Assembly: GCA_965247555.1 (NCBI GenBank)
Contig: CBDFHR010000009.1
Location: 1,876,045 to 1,940,044, forward strand
Direction of reading: 5' to 3'
DNA from: Dehalococcoidia bacterium
GTDB lineage: Bacteria; Chloroflexota; Dehalococcoidia; Lucifugimonadales; VXLM01
DNA: 64,000 bases
Shown here: in pieces, positions 37,627 to 47,199 of the stretch
How the letters are laid out: each line of letters begins with the position of its first letter
How positions within the stretch are numbered: position 1 is the stretch's first letter
Notes under the pieces: generated by a model
Told to the model about the DNA's origin: nothing
The model's input: the letters and a program-made list of their open reading frames with translations, nothing else
The model's database searches: none
Translations under genes and position numbers: made by a program

Positions 37627-39897
37627 ATGTCATTGCCGGATACGACAAGAAACTCACTCGCTTGGAAGGGAGTTGCCCTCGCCCTCGTATTCGCGGCGCT
37701 CGTCTTGTCCCGGCCCGACTCAGCTTCCGCGCACGCGAACCTTGCCGACGCCGACCCGGCTCCGAACTCGGTACTTGACACGCCTCCGTCGCGGATCACC
37801 ATCTGGTTTACGGAGCCTCTCGAACCCTCTTTCAGCGCCATTGAAGTTCTCGACTCCCGGGGAAGCCGCTTAGACAACGACGACAGCGCTGTCGACCCCC
37901 GCAATCCCACGGTCATGTACGTCACCTTGCAGGACGACCTGCCCAATGGCACGTACACGGTCGCCTGGCGAAACCTCTCCACGGTCGACGGACACACGAT
38001 TCGCGGCACGTTCTTCTATTCGGTTGGCGAGCCACTGTCGGCTCAGGCGTCCGATCTTCCGAGCGAACCTGCCCTACAGTCGCCCGCCGAGCCGTTCATG
38101 CGATGGGCCGTACTCCTCGGTGGCCTGTCGGTGCTCGGCGTCCTCATGCTGTGGCTCGTCGTCCTTCGGCCTCCGTTGTCGTCCATGAGTGACACCGAAG
38201 ATCTCTTGGCGAGGGTGCGCGCCAGGACGGACAAAATAGCCATTGCCGGCATCGTTGTGGCACTGTTCGGATCAATCGGGCATCTGCTGGTGCAGGCGTC
38301 ATCCGTCCACGAGGTGTCGATCCTCGATACCCTTGGAGAACCGATTCGATTCGTCGTAACGCAGACCGAGTGGGGCACGGGATGGCTCCGGCGCACCTCC
38401 CTTCTCATCGGCGCGCTCGGTCCGATATTGGCGCTGCTGCGACTTCGCAGTGCCCCTTCCCCACGCCGCGATACCGCTCTCTGGATATCGGCCTTCTTCG
38501 TGACGGCGCTCGCCATGGCGACCCTCAGCACGACCAGCCACGGCGCGGCAACCCCCGGAATCGAACTGGCCGCCACAGTGACCGACTACATCCACCTCCT
38601 CGCAGCGGCCTTTTGGGTAGGTGGCCTGTTTGGACTCGCGCTGATTCTCCCCGTCGTCTTCTCCCATTCCCCTGAGGGGAATGCCCGTCCGGTCATCCTT
38701 GCCGTCCTGCCGCGATTTTCCCTTGTGGCGGGACTGAGCGTCGTTGCACTCGTCGTCACGGGCCTCTACAGCGCTTGGGCGCACGTCACCGTCATCCCCG
38801 CGCTCGTCGTCCCGTATGGGCAGGTGCTCGTGGTGAAGACCGCGCTGGTCGGTGTGCTCTTGGTCTTCGGTGCCACTAACCTCCTGTGGCTGACTCCCGC
38901 CATTCGCGCAGACCGCAAGGCCGCTTCTCTACTCCGCCGAACGGTCACCGCCGAGGCAGCGGTCGGAGTCCTCGTCATTCTCGCGGCAGCCTACCTCACG
39001 AGCTTGGAGCCCGCCCGACAAGTCGCCTCTCGGCAGGGCATCGGCGTGCCGCAAAGCCTGTCGTTTGAGGACACCGCGGAAGGGGCCACCATCGATGTCG
39101 AAATCGAACCAGGACAGGTTGGCACGAATACGGTGACCGTCACACTCACCGACCGCCTCGGCGACCGAATTACGAACTCCTCAGGGGTGGACGTACGTCT
39201 GACCTACCTCGACGCCGACCTAGGAGAAGGTCTGCTGTCGACCGAGCGAAGTGGGGAAGGCGAGTATCTTGCCACCGAAGTCCCGATCAACATCGTCGGT
39301 CCTTACCAGGTGGAGGTGGCCGTCCGTCGTCCCGACACCTTCGACGCTCGTACGGCGTTTCGCTTCGAGGTCGTCTCCGGTGGAGGTGTCAGCAGTTCCG
39401 CTATCTTCCCTTCGGAGGACACAGGTCGACTACTATTCGGCGTCGAGCTTGCCGTGTTGGGCTTCATGTTCCTCGCGGTCGGTATTCCCCTTGGAGGCTG
39501 GTACTCGCGTCGCGGATTGGCCGTCATGACCCCCGGCCTCATCGTGTTCATGATCGGAGCGGGTGTCGTCTTTACCGCGCAGTTCGGGGAAACCGGAACT
39601 TCGGGAGACCGGAATCCATTCCCACCCAACCCTGAGTCGCTCGCCATAGGCAGCAGGGTCTACACCGAGACTTGTGCCTCCTGTCACGGCGCTCAGGGAC
39701 GGGGCGACGGCCCTGTTGCCGCCGGTCTCGACCCCCCGCCTGCCAATCTCATCGTCCACGTGCCGCTCCATCCCGACAGGACGCTCTTCGACTTCATCCA
39801 CGACGGCATCGCGGGCACGTCGATGGTCGGTCTCGCCGATAGGTACACCGGCGATGAGATCTGGCATGTAATCAACTACATCAAGACGTTAGAATAG
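37627..39897 (+). CDS. CopC-CopD fusion protein with extra periplasmic domain and C-terminal cytochrome c
   Basis: CopC-like AHANLADADPAPNSVLDTPPSRITIWFTEPLE...TVAWRNLSTVDGHT, about 8 TM helices (CopD-like), a YtkA-like segment and CASCHG heme-binding motif. ATG 37627 was chosen over the ORF-track start at 37420. Confidence 0.8.
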   Translation: MSLPDTTRNSLAWKGVALALVFAALVLSRPDSASAHANLADADPAPNSVLDTPPSRITIWFTEPLEPSFSAIEVLDSRGSRLDNDDSAVDPRNPTVMYVTLQDDLPNGTYTVAWRNLSTVDGHTIRGTFFYSVGEPLSAQASDLPSEPALQSPAEPFMRWAVLLGGLSVLGVLMLWLVVLRPPLSSMSDTEDLLARVRARTDKIAIAGIVVALFGSIGHLLVQASSVHEVSILDTLGEPIRFVVTQTEWGTGWLRRTSLLIGALGPILALLRLRSAPSPRRDTALWISAFFVTALAMATLSTTSHGAATPGIELAATVTDYIHLLAAAFWVGGLFGLALILPVVFSHSPEGNARPVILAVLPRFSLVAGLSVVALVVTGLYSAWAHVTVIPALVVPYGQVLVVKTALVGVLLVFGATNLLWLTPAIRADRKAASLLRRTVTAEAAVGVLVILAAAYLTSLEPARQVASRQGIGVPQSLSFEDTAEGATIDVEIEPGQVGTNTVTVTLTDRLGDRITNSSGVDVRLTYLDADLGEGLLSTERSGEGEYLATEVPINIVGPYQVEVAVRRPDTFDARTAFRFEVVSGGGVSSSAIFPSEDTGRLLFGVELAVLGFMFLAVGIPLGGWYSRRGLAVMTPGLIVFMIGAGVVFTAQFGETGTSGDRNPFPPNPESLAIGSRVYTETCASCHGAQGRGDGPVAAGLDPPPANLIVHVPLHPDRTLFDFIHDGIAGTSMVGLADRYTGDEIWHVINYIKTLE

Positions 39898-40030
39898 GAA
39901 GAGACATGTTCCGGTTGCTTCGAGGATCGTAGATTGCAGGTTCAGAGCACGCCATGCGACTCTAGGCCAAAAGGCATATTTGAGGGTTTGACGACATGCC
40001 GAAATAAGCCTGTTAGGTTGTGTTGACATT

Positions 40031-40791
40031 TCATCTTAGCCATATGAGCGCACCGACGAAATGGAGGAACCCGAGGTATCTGTTCGCCAACTTGTCGAAC
40101 CGGGAGAAGATGCGGCGGAAGTGCTTGATCTTGCCAATGAAGCATTCGACAAGATGACGCTCCCGGTAGAGATACTCGTCGTATGAGTGGGCCGCCTTCC
40201 GGTTGGAGCGAGGAGGTATCACCGGAACTGCACCGCTCCTAATGATCGACTCGATGAACTGGTTGGAGTCGTATGCTCGGTCTGCGACCACATACTCACT
40301 ATCGAGTCCGTCTATGAGTTCCTCAGCTTGAGTGATATCGTGCTCCTGCCCTCCGGTCAACCTGAATCTCAACGGGTTGCCGAGGCCGTCGACACCGACA
40401 TGGACCTTTGTAGTGAACCCACCTCGGCTGCGACCGAGGGCTTGAGATAGTTGCCCACCGTTTTTTTGGGAGCGCCCGCAGCGGAATGGTGGGCCCGGAC
40501 TACGGTACTGTCGATGATCAGGTACTCCATGTCAGGGTCATCGATGAAATGCTGATGCATTCGTTCCCATATTCCGCCCTCACACCATCGGGCAAACCGC
40601 TTGTAGACGCTGTTCCATTTCCCGTACTCGGAAGGCAGTAGCCTCCACGGCGCACCAGACCTGCTCATCCAGATGATGGCCTCGATGAACCGCTTACAGT
40701 CGGACTCCTGTCCGACATACAAGTCTGGCTGACTACGAAGGAACTCCAATACCCGCGACCATTGTTCTGGAGATAGTTTAATTGTTGACAT
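40031..40791 (-). CDS. IS5-family DDE transposase with programmed -1 frameshift
   Basis: OrfA ends ..VVRAHHSAAGAPKK. There is an A7 run on the coding strand (T7 at 40461-40467). Shifting frame gives ..GRSRGGFTTKVHVGVDGLGNPLRFRLTGGQEHD..VADRAYDS..RERHLVECFIGKIKHFRRI. Confidence 0.88.
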
Positions 40792-40823
40792 ATACCCAGT
40801 ATAATATAAATGTCAACACTACC
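40036..40823 (-). mobile_element. IS5-family (IS427-like) insertion sequence
   Basis: Termini GGTTGTGTTGACATTTCA (40036-) / AAATGTCAACACTACC (-40823), flanked by TTAG and CTAG. Confidence 0.88.
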
Positions 40824-40825
40824 TA

Positions 40826-40968
40826 GGTAGTGTTGACATTTCACGTTATTCCGCTTTTCCTTGTCATTGCGAGTGAAGCGTGGAATCTAAAAGTTTGTGC
40901 TTGCGCGATGATTTTAGATTCTTCACTCCGCTCTGCTACGTTCAGAATGACAGAATGTCAACACTACC
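40826..40968. mobile_element. MITE derived from the adjacent IS (same termini), carrying an internal G-element pair
   Basis: GGTAGTGTTGACATTTCA ... AGAATGTCAACACTACC, flanked by CTAG on both sides. The interior holds GTCATTGCGAGTGAAGCGTGGAATCTAAAA / TTTTAGATTCTTCACTCCGCTCTGCTACGTTCAGAATGAC. Confidence 0.8.
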
Positions 40969-40999
40969 TAGTACAAGTCCATGAAAAGATCGGCACCTA

Positions 41000-42013
41000 T
41001 CAAACAACTCGACCTTGAGAACCGAGAGTAGTGTCTGCCCCTTTACCACGTAAACGGGGAACTTCTCTGATTCCCGAACCGTCGGGAAACATGTGGGATT
41101 GGCGGTGACCGTACTCTTGTCCAGAGCCGTTACCGCCAAGTCGTGCAAGTGGCTCCTTTGTCATGGGGGGATTAAAGTTTGTGACCAAGATCTCTTGATT
41201 TATGGTACGCTTTCGACCCACTCGTTGCTCGGCCTCACTGGTCTTCATGCCTGACGAGGATTGAATCGGCGTAATAGCGTATCCATCAAATAGGTCTCTA
41301 ATGTCTTGAGTATCATATGAGGAGAGTATCCAGAGTCCCTTGGTTCTTCTAAGGTGTTCAGCGATGGAGCGGTGATCGCGCTCGCCGCGCATGTTGAACT
41401 TGTAATTGACACCATTGCCAAGATAAGGAGGGTCAAGATACATCACAGTAGTAGGGCTATCGTATCGCTCCACACAGACTCGCCAGTCTAAATTCTCGAT
41501 TAAGACCGTGCGAAGACGTTCGTGGACAGGCAAGATGCGTTTGTGCAACGTTTTCAAGGCTCCTATGAGTCGGTTTCCATGTCCACCATCTCGGATGCTT
41601 GTTTGGAAGCGAGGATATCTGGCTTCACCACCCCAACCGGCCATAATTAGGTAGTAGAACCTATGGGCTCGTTGAATGTCATTGAGAGTTAGCGGATCCA
41701 AAGAAGCTAATCTGTTGAACTCGGCACGAGATACCAATTCCCATTCAAACGATGCGATTAGCTCGTCGGGTTTCTCCCTAACTACACGAAAGAAGGTTGT
41801 TAATTCCTCATCAACGTCGTTCAGAACCTCCACTTGGCTCTTGGGCTTGCCGAACAGCACCCAGGCGGCACCAGCGAATGGTTCAACGTAGCACGTGTGA
41901 GGCGGGATCATAGGAATGATGAACTTACGTAGACGCGACTTACCTCCAACCCACTTGATTGGGCTGTTAAGCATTCCATTGTGGACTTTGCTACCTTGAG
42001 AGGTCATCTCCAA
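41000..42013 (-). CDS. D12-class N6-adenine DNA methyltransferase (Dam-like)
   Basis: IKWVGGKSRL, motif I EPFAGAAWV and motif IV LDPPY. The last ~60 aa are low-complexity. Confidence 0.88.
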   Translation of the reverse strand: MEMTSQGSKVHNGMLNSPIKWVGGKSRLRKFIIPMIPPHTCYVEPFAGAAWVLFGKPKSQVEVLNDVDEELTTFFRVVREKPDELIASFEWELVSRAEFNRLASLDPLTLNDIQRAHRFYYLIMAGWGGEARYPRFQTSIRDGGHGNRLIGALKTLHKRILPVHERLRTVLIENLDWRVCVERYDSPTTVMYLDPPYLGNGVNYKFNMRGERDHRSIAEHLRRTKGLWILSSYDTQDIRDLFDGYAITPIQSSSGMKTSEAEQRVGRKRTINQEILVTNFNPPMTKEPLARLGGNGSGQEYGHRQSHMFPDGSGIREVPRLRGKGADTTLGSQGRVV

Positions 42014-42032
42014 CTTCCTCTACAACTCAAGA

Positions 42033-42049
42033 TGTCTCTAATAGAGACA
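42033..42049. promoter_or_regulatory. Perfect 17-bp palindrome in the divergent MTase/HTH-nuclease intergenic region (candidate operator)
   Basis: TGTCTCTA-A-TAGAGACA lies 20 bp from the MTase start codon. It is upstream of both candidate starts (42057, 42093) of the HTH protein. Confidence 0.5.
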
Positions 42050-42056
42050 CTTTAGC

Positions 42057-43175
42057 ATGACTGACTGTTCATGTCAAGCGTCAAGGATACAAATGCGGCG
42101 GTTCGGTGAAAAGCTCAGATTGTTACGGACTGAACATGGTATGACTTTGAAGAGTCTAGCCATGTCGCTAGGCTACAAGGCTCATGGGCACATCAGCGAA
42201 ATTGAGGCTGGTAAAAAGATTCCCACAACAGGCTTTGTCCTTGCAGTGGCAAAGTTATTCAGCGTGTCCGTCGACAGCCTGCTCATGGACGGTGTAGAGA
42301 TCAATCTGTCCCACCCGTTGAGAGAAGAAGGCGCGATAGGGGTGGGAGTCCCCTTTGCAGATAGACTGCCGACCAACAACGAGGTTGAGCGATTCCGATT
42401 GATCTTTAGCACATATCAAGATGGAACGGGCATGCTTGCCTCCGAAGATGGTAGAACGCTTCCGGGGTGGCGCGACTTTGAGAGGTCAATAGCTTTAGCA
42501 TTTGGTGGCATCGCCTCTGAGAGTAAAGATGTCTTCGACATCAGACTAACCGATGCTGGGCAGAGCGGAGTTTATTACGGCATCTCATGCAAGATGCGTA
42601 GGGAACTCTCCGGCGTTGCTCGCCACGGACGAGTAACTATAGAGCTATCGGACTCAGCACGCAAGTTCTGGAATCACTTGATGACCAAGGGGATACATCA
42701 AGCGAACTACAAACAGCATCCGTCGGACGTTGGTCGCGCTTTGATCGAATTGGTATCCGAATGGCATGATGCTGCCAGTATCGATCAAGGTGGCGATGTT
42801 GAATTATCGAAAAGTTGCTATCTGATCCTTTCTTGGGATTCAGCGGGATGGTATCAATTGCATCAATTTCCTTTGTCTCTGCCGAATCCGAATCAGCTAA
42901 AGTGGTCTTTCCCTGCATACAAGAGAAGTGGCAAAGTTTCTGTCGGCAATCATCTCAATGGCGATGATGCAAGTGGTCGTATTTTTGAGTGGTACGGGGA
43001 ATCGGGAGGACAGTTGAAGTACTATCCCCTTGCGGTGGGCGCAACCTGGGAATCTGTCCAATTCAAACTGGAACCTCTGCCGACTGATCGGGAGCACGGT
43101 GTTCTCCACAAAGTTCAGAGTTACTTCCCTGACCAATGGGCGGCGGTTTTAGAAGCTAGAAGATCGTTGGACTAA
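42057..43175 (+). CDS. XRE-type HTH fused to a Mrr-like (PD-(D/E)xK-type) domain; candidate restriction/defence nuclease
   Basis: The N-terminus FGEKLRLLRTEHGMTLKSLAMSLGY..GHISEIEAGKKIPT is HTH_3-like. The C-domain has WRDFERSIALAFGG..SKDVFDIRL...YYGISCKMRRE (D ... (S)xK arrangement). The likely true start is ATG 42093. Confidence 0.6.
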   Translation: MTDCSCQASRIQMRRFGEKLRLLRTEHGMTLKSLAMSLGYKAHGHISEIEAGKKIPTTGFVLAVAKLFSVSVDSLLMDGVEINLSHPLREEGAIGVGVPFADRLPTNNEVERFRLIFSTYQDGTGMLASEDGRTLPGWRDFERSIALAFGGIASESKDVFDIRLTDAGQSGVYYGISCKMRRELSGVARHGRVTIELSDSARKFWNHLMTKGIHQANYKQHPSDVGRALIELVSEWHDAASIDQGGDVELSKSCYLILSWDSAGWYQLHQFPLSLPNPNQLKWSFPAYKRSGKVSVGNHLNGDDASGRIFEWYGESGGQLKYYPLAVGATWESVQFKLEPLPTDREHGVLHKVQSYFPDQWAAVLEARRSLD

Positions 43176-43228
43176 GCTAAGGAGCTATACCGATCAGGAA
43201 CCTAGCCCCTATAGCGACCATCGTTGTC

Positions 43229-44728
43229 GTGGCCGCGGTTTTCGCGGCATCGCCGGTGTACGCGCACGGGTTCGATGAGAGGTACGACCTCCCGCTTCCT
43301 CTCAACATGTTCATGATCGGGGCCGCCGCGACGGTCGCCGCCTCGTTCGTCGTCATCGGTCTATTCGTCAATAAGCGACAGGGCGAGTTTCGGTACCCCC
43401 GATACAACCTGCTCTCCGTACCGATGCTTGGCGCAGTCCTGCGGAGTGGGGTATTCACTGGCGCTGTCAAGGTCCTCGGCGTTGCCGTCTTTCTGCTCCT
43501 AATCGCCACAAGCCTGTTCGGCGTCAACAAGCCGGTCGAGAACCTCTCGCCCACCTTCGTCTGGATCATCTGGTGGGTCGGAATGGGCTACATTTGCGCG
43601 CTGCTCGGCAACTTCTGGATGCTCGTGAACCCGTGGAGAACCATGTTCGAGTGGGTCGAGGGATTCGTCGGAGGCGACGGCGAAGAGGACGAGGGGCTGA
43701 TTGACTACCCGGAGAGTTTGGGAGTCTGGCCTGCCGTCATACTGTTCTTCGTATTCGCGTGGCTGGAGAATGTCTACAACGGTGCGCAGGCCCCCTTCAA
43801 GCTCGGTCTGTTTGTCCTCGTGTACTCTGCCATCACATGGGCCGGTATGCTCGTTTTCGGCAAGCACGTGTGGCTACGTTCCGGCGAGGCCTTCTCCGTG
43901 CTGTTCAGCCTGTTCGCGCGCTTTTCGCCAACCGAGATCGGGACTTCGACCGACGGCCTCTGTGATGCGTGCGGCGCATGCGCCGATGAGACGGAATCGT
44001 GCGTCGACTGCCTGGAGTGCTTCCAGCGTGCCGATCCCGATGAGCGCCAATTCAACCTCCGCCCCTTCGCCGTCGGTCTCGGCACTCGCGGCGTCGTCTC
44101 AGCCTCGATGGCCGTCTTCGTCATCCTCACCCTTGCCACGGTCACCTTCGACGGCGTCTCCGAAACTAGCGCCTGGGCGAACCTGCAAGAAGAGCTCCTT
44201 CCCGCCATTTCCCCGCTGCCCGTGGACACCTTCGGCACCATCGATACACTTGGCCTGCTCGTGATCCCCGCCCTGTTCCTCACGGTCTTTCTCGGCTTCT
44301 CTTGGGTGCTTCGATTGTTCGAGGGGACTACCGACTCGCCCGTCTTCGACGTTGCCAAGGTCTTCGTTCTGTCATTGGTTCCCATTGCCCTTGCCTACAA
44401 CATTGCCCACTTTATCTCGTACTTGGTTTTATCAGGACAAGCGATCATTCCGCTCCTTTCCGACCCGTTTGGTTTCGGCTGGGACCTGTTCGGCACTGCC
44501 GAGGATCGAATCAATGTCAACATAATCACCGTTGGATTCGTCTGGTGGGTCTCGATCGTCGCCATCGTCCTGGGACACATCCTCTCCGTATACATCGCCC
44601 ACATCATCTCGCTCCGTCGGATGCCGACTTCCGCGCTGGCCGTCAGGAGCCAGTACCCGATGCTCGCTCTGATGATCGTCTACACGGCGACGAGTCTCTG
44701 GATCATTGCCCAGCCCATCGCCAACTGA
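43229..44728 (+). CDS. Polytopic membrane protein with Cys-rich loop; 5' end apparently truncated
   Basis: More than 10 TM helices and the loop GLCDACGACADETESCVDCLECF. The frame is open back to TAA 43178-43180, encoding a signal-like ..LAPIATIVVVAAVFAASPVYAHG with no ATG. GTG 43229 is the first conventional start. Confidence 0.65.
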   Translation: MAAVFAASPVYAHGFDERYDLPLPLNMFMIGAAATVAASFVVIGLFVNKRQGEFRYPRYNLLSVPMLGAVLRSGVFTGAVKVLGVAVFLLLIATSLFGVNKPVENLSPTFVWIIWWVGMGYICALLGNFWMLVNPWRTMFEWVEGFVGGDGEEDEGLIDYPESLGVWPAVILFFVFAWLENVYNGAQAPFKLGLFVLVYSAITWAGMLVFGKHVWLRSGEAFSVLFSLFARFSPTEIGTSTDGLCDACGACADETESCVDCLECFQRADPDERQFNLRPFAVGLGTRGVVSASMAVFVILTLATVTFDGVSETSAWANLQEELLPAISPLPVDTFGTIDTLGLLVIPALFLTVFLGFSWVLRLFEGTTDSPVFDVAKVFVLSLVPIALAYNIAHFISYLVLSGQAIIPLLSDPFGFGWDLFGTAEDRINVNIITVGFVWWVSIVAIVLGHILSVYIAHIISLRRMPTSALAVRSQYPMLALMIVYTATSLWIIAQPIAN

Positions 44729-44774
44729 GAACTCTTCCGTCGCATAGCCCGGTAGCGAATTCACGGAACCTGAT

Positions 44775-47199
44775 TCAATTTAGTAGGAGAGGAGGTCGGA
44801 TGAGGTTGCGGAGGGAGTGTGCCCACGGTCGGTAGCTGTGGGGGCCGCTCAATGCTGGTACGGATACTTCAGCCCAGTCGCTCACCCGTGTCTTGGACAC
44901 GGCTTCATGCCGCTGGTGTGTGGACAGGTCATCAGGTTCACGTCGATCACAACGACGCCGACTGCGACAGAGCTCTGACAGTTCGCCGTTCCGATCCAAC
45001 TGGATCACCTTGACCATACGGTGCGCTCCCCGTATGGTCCAACTCATACCCGCTTCTTCATGCGGTTCGCAATGAGCTTGTCTCCGTTGCTCTCCATGGT
45101 TCCCAAGGCTCCGCGCGTCCGGGGGAGCGTTGGGCACCCGGTTGCGCCAGTCCATTCCAGTACTCACGTTGGACTCGACGTACTCTCTGTCTCTGTGTGC
45201 CATCTTGGTCTGTGCGGGTGGTGCTGAGGACATCGCCTGCCGGGCAGCCGTCGTTGATCCTACACGTATGCCATCGTAGACAGAAGTTCCGATCCGTCTG
45301 CCATAGCCTCGCCCACACGCGCGAGATGAGGTGGGAGCCGTCCAACTGGAAGATAGCGTTGCCGAACTCCTCTGTGCCACTGCGTATCCAGTTGGCTCCG
45401 TCACCGCCCACAACGAACAGCTTCACCCCCTCCAGAGCGTACTGCTTACCCCACTCAAGACTCGCGCCCTTCCAGAACGGCATCTGTTCTGATGCGTGTC
45501 CATACACTCGCTTGCCCACCAGTTCGTACCGATCATCTCCCACATTTCGCCAGCCTCGATACGCTATACCGCTCTTGACCTCGTAATGAGGCTGCTCTTC
45601 GCGTTGCAGGTGGACCCACACCCCATCCGCCTCGGTATAGAGGACATCTGTCTGCTGTTGTCCATCGCATACATCCTCTCCACGCTCGAAGCACGCTTCC
45701 CACCGACTGGGCTCATCATCGATCGCTCTGTGTCCAACATCCCGCAGCAGTCGATACACCGTCGATGTGGACAGTACCCCCGCCGTCAGTGCGCTCACCA
45801 TCTCGTCCGCCATCCGAAAGGGCACCGCACTGGCTATAGACACGCTGCTTTCTGTTAGCGTCGGACTCGCCTGTCGATGGGACTCCCAGCTAATACCATT
45901 TCACTTGGATGGGGCCATAAAGGATGCTGGGAGGCGTTGGACGTTATCTTCGATCCAGTCCCATGCTGCGAGTGAACGCACGCGCTCAGGATCAGATGCC
46001 AATTCACTCAGGTAGGCGTTCACTGCCTTCACCTTCTCCTCTATGCTCCCGTATATCCTGCCCTCCACCCACCGACGGACCTCCTCGAACACCCGCTCAG
46101 CAGGATTCAACTCAGGACTGTACGGAGGCTGCACTATCGTCGGCAGTCCAACGCTCCGCACCACCTCGCTCCGGTGACCACGCGCTCCATCCCACACCAG
46201 CGCTTCTATGTCCGAGTGATGCTTGAATCCATTGACGGCCTCCGCTATCGACTCGGACTTCATCGACTCGATCCACCTCCACAGCAGCCTCCCCCTCCGA
46301 ACGTCTACTACCACAAACACGTATATCCATCGGTACACCAACTGCACTCGCTGACGCACCTTCACTCCACGACGACCCCATACCCTCCGAACCGTCCCCC
46401 GCAAACCCACTCGCATCTCATCGGCAAAGCCAAGAACCGTCTCAGAACTCACCCCCGCTCCGGCAAGGGCTCGACTCAGGCCCCTACCCGATCGGAGTCG
46501 GGCACATGCTTTTTCCACACCCTCTGCACATCAAGGTCTGCCTTCTCGTGAAATGCGCGAGGCACCTTCGGCGAACATCCCAACCTCTTGAGCAGACTGT
46601 ACACTCCGCCCGGCTTGTAGCTCACTTCATACTCGGACTCTATCCAATCTCTGATCTCGCCCGCCGTCTTGAAGCGCCCCTTCGACATCTCCTGTGCCAA
46701 TCCCCGTTCTTCCTCTGTGCTCAGATAACGCGGCGTGCCCCTGCCTCCCTTCTTATGAGAGAGCACCTCCTGCACACCTCCCTGTCTATACCAGCCCACC
46801 CATGACTGTACCGTCCGATAATGGACCCCTACCACCGAGGCCACTTCTGAGAGCTGCCGTCCTGAACGCAGTAGCCACAGTCCATGCAGCCGAGTACGCA
46901 GTGTACCGTCCCGCTCTGCAAGATATGCTGCCTTCAGAGCCTCCGGTGTATCCTCTGTGCGCCAATCCACTCGAAACGGTCGACCGATCATCTGATGCCC
47001 TCCAACTCCATGAGTTGGTATCAGCATCCACAAAGTGGCAGGACGCTTCTAGCTGCTTTATGGCCTTATTGTTCGCAAATGGTATAAGATGCTCATCTAA
47101 CGCAATCCTGCTCTGGCCATCCTGATCACGATATATCCGGCGTCTGATCACCACTTCCCCAAATCGAGTCACCATCGTCCGCTCACGAGACCCCAACAC
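44775..47199 (-). pseudogene. ISLre2-family transposase gene, frameshifted and split by an IS630 insertion
   Basis: N-terminal piece 47199->~47050 (TRFGEVVIRRRIYRDQDGQSRIALDEHL). Middle piece 45843->45058 (YTEADGVWVHLQ, EVKSGIAY, VGGDGANWI, FQLDGSHL). C-terminal piece in another frame (LGNHGEQRR..EEAGMSWTIRGAHRMVKVIQLDRNGEL). Confidence 0.65.
45901..47033 (-). mobile_element. IS630-family element (two-frame transposase) inserted in the ISLre2 gene
   Basis: OrfA holds HTH/winged-helix text (LSEVASVVGVHYRTVQSWVGWYRQGG..SLLKRLGCSPKVPR). OrfB is the DDE part (FADEM..WDGARGH..PPYSPELNPAERVFEE). Element ends were not resolved. Confidence 0.8.
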
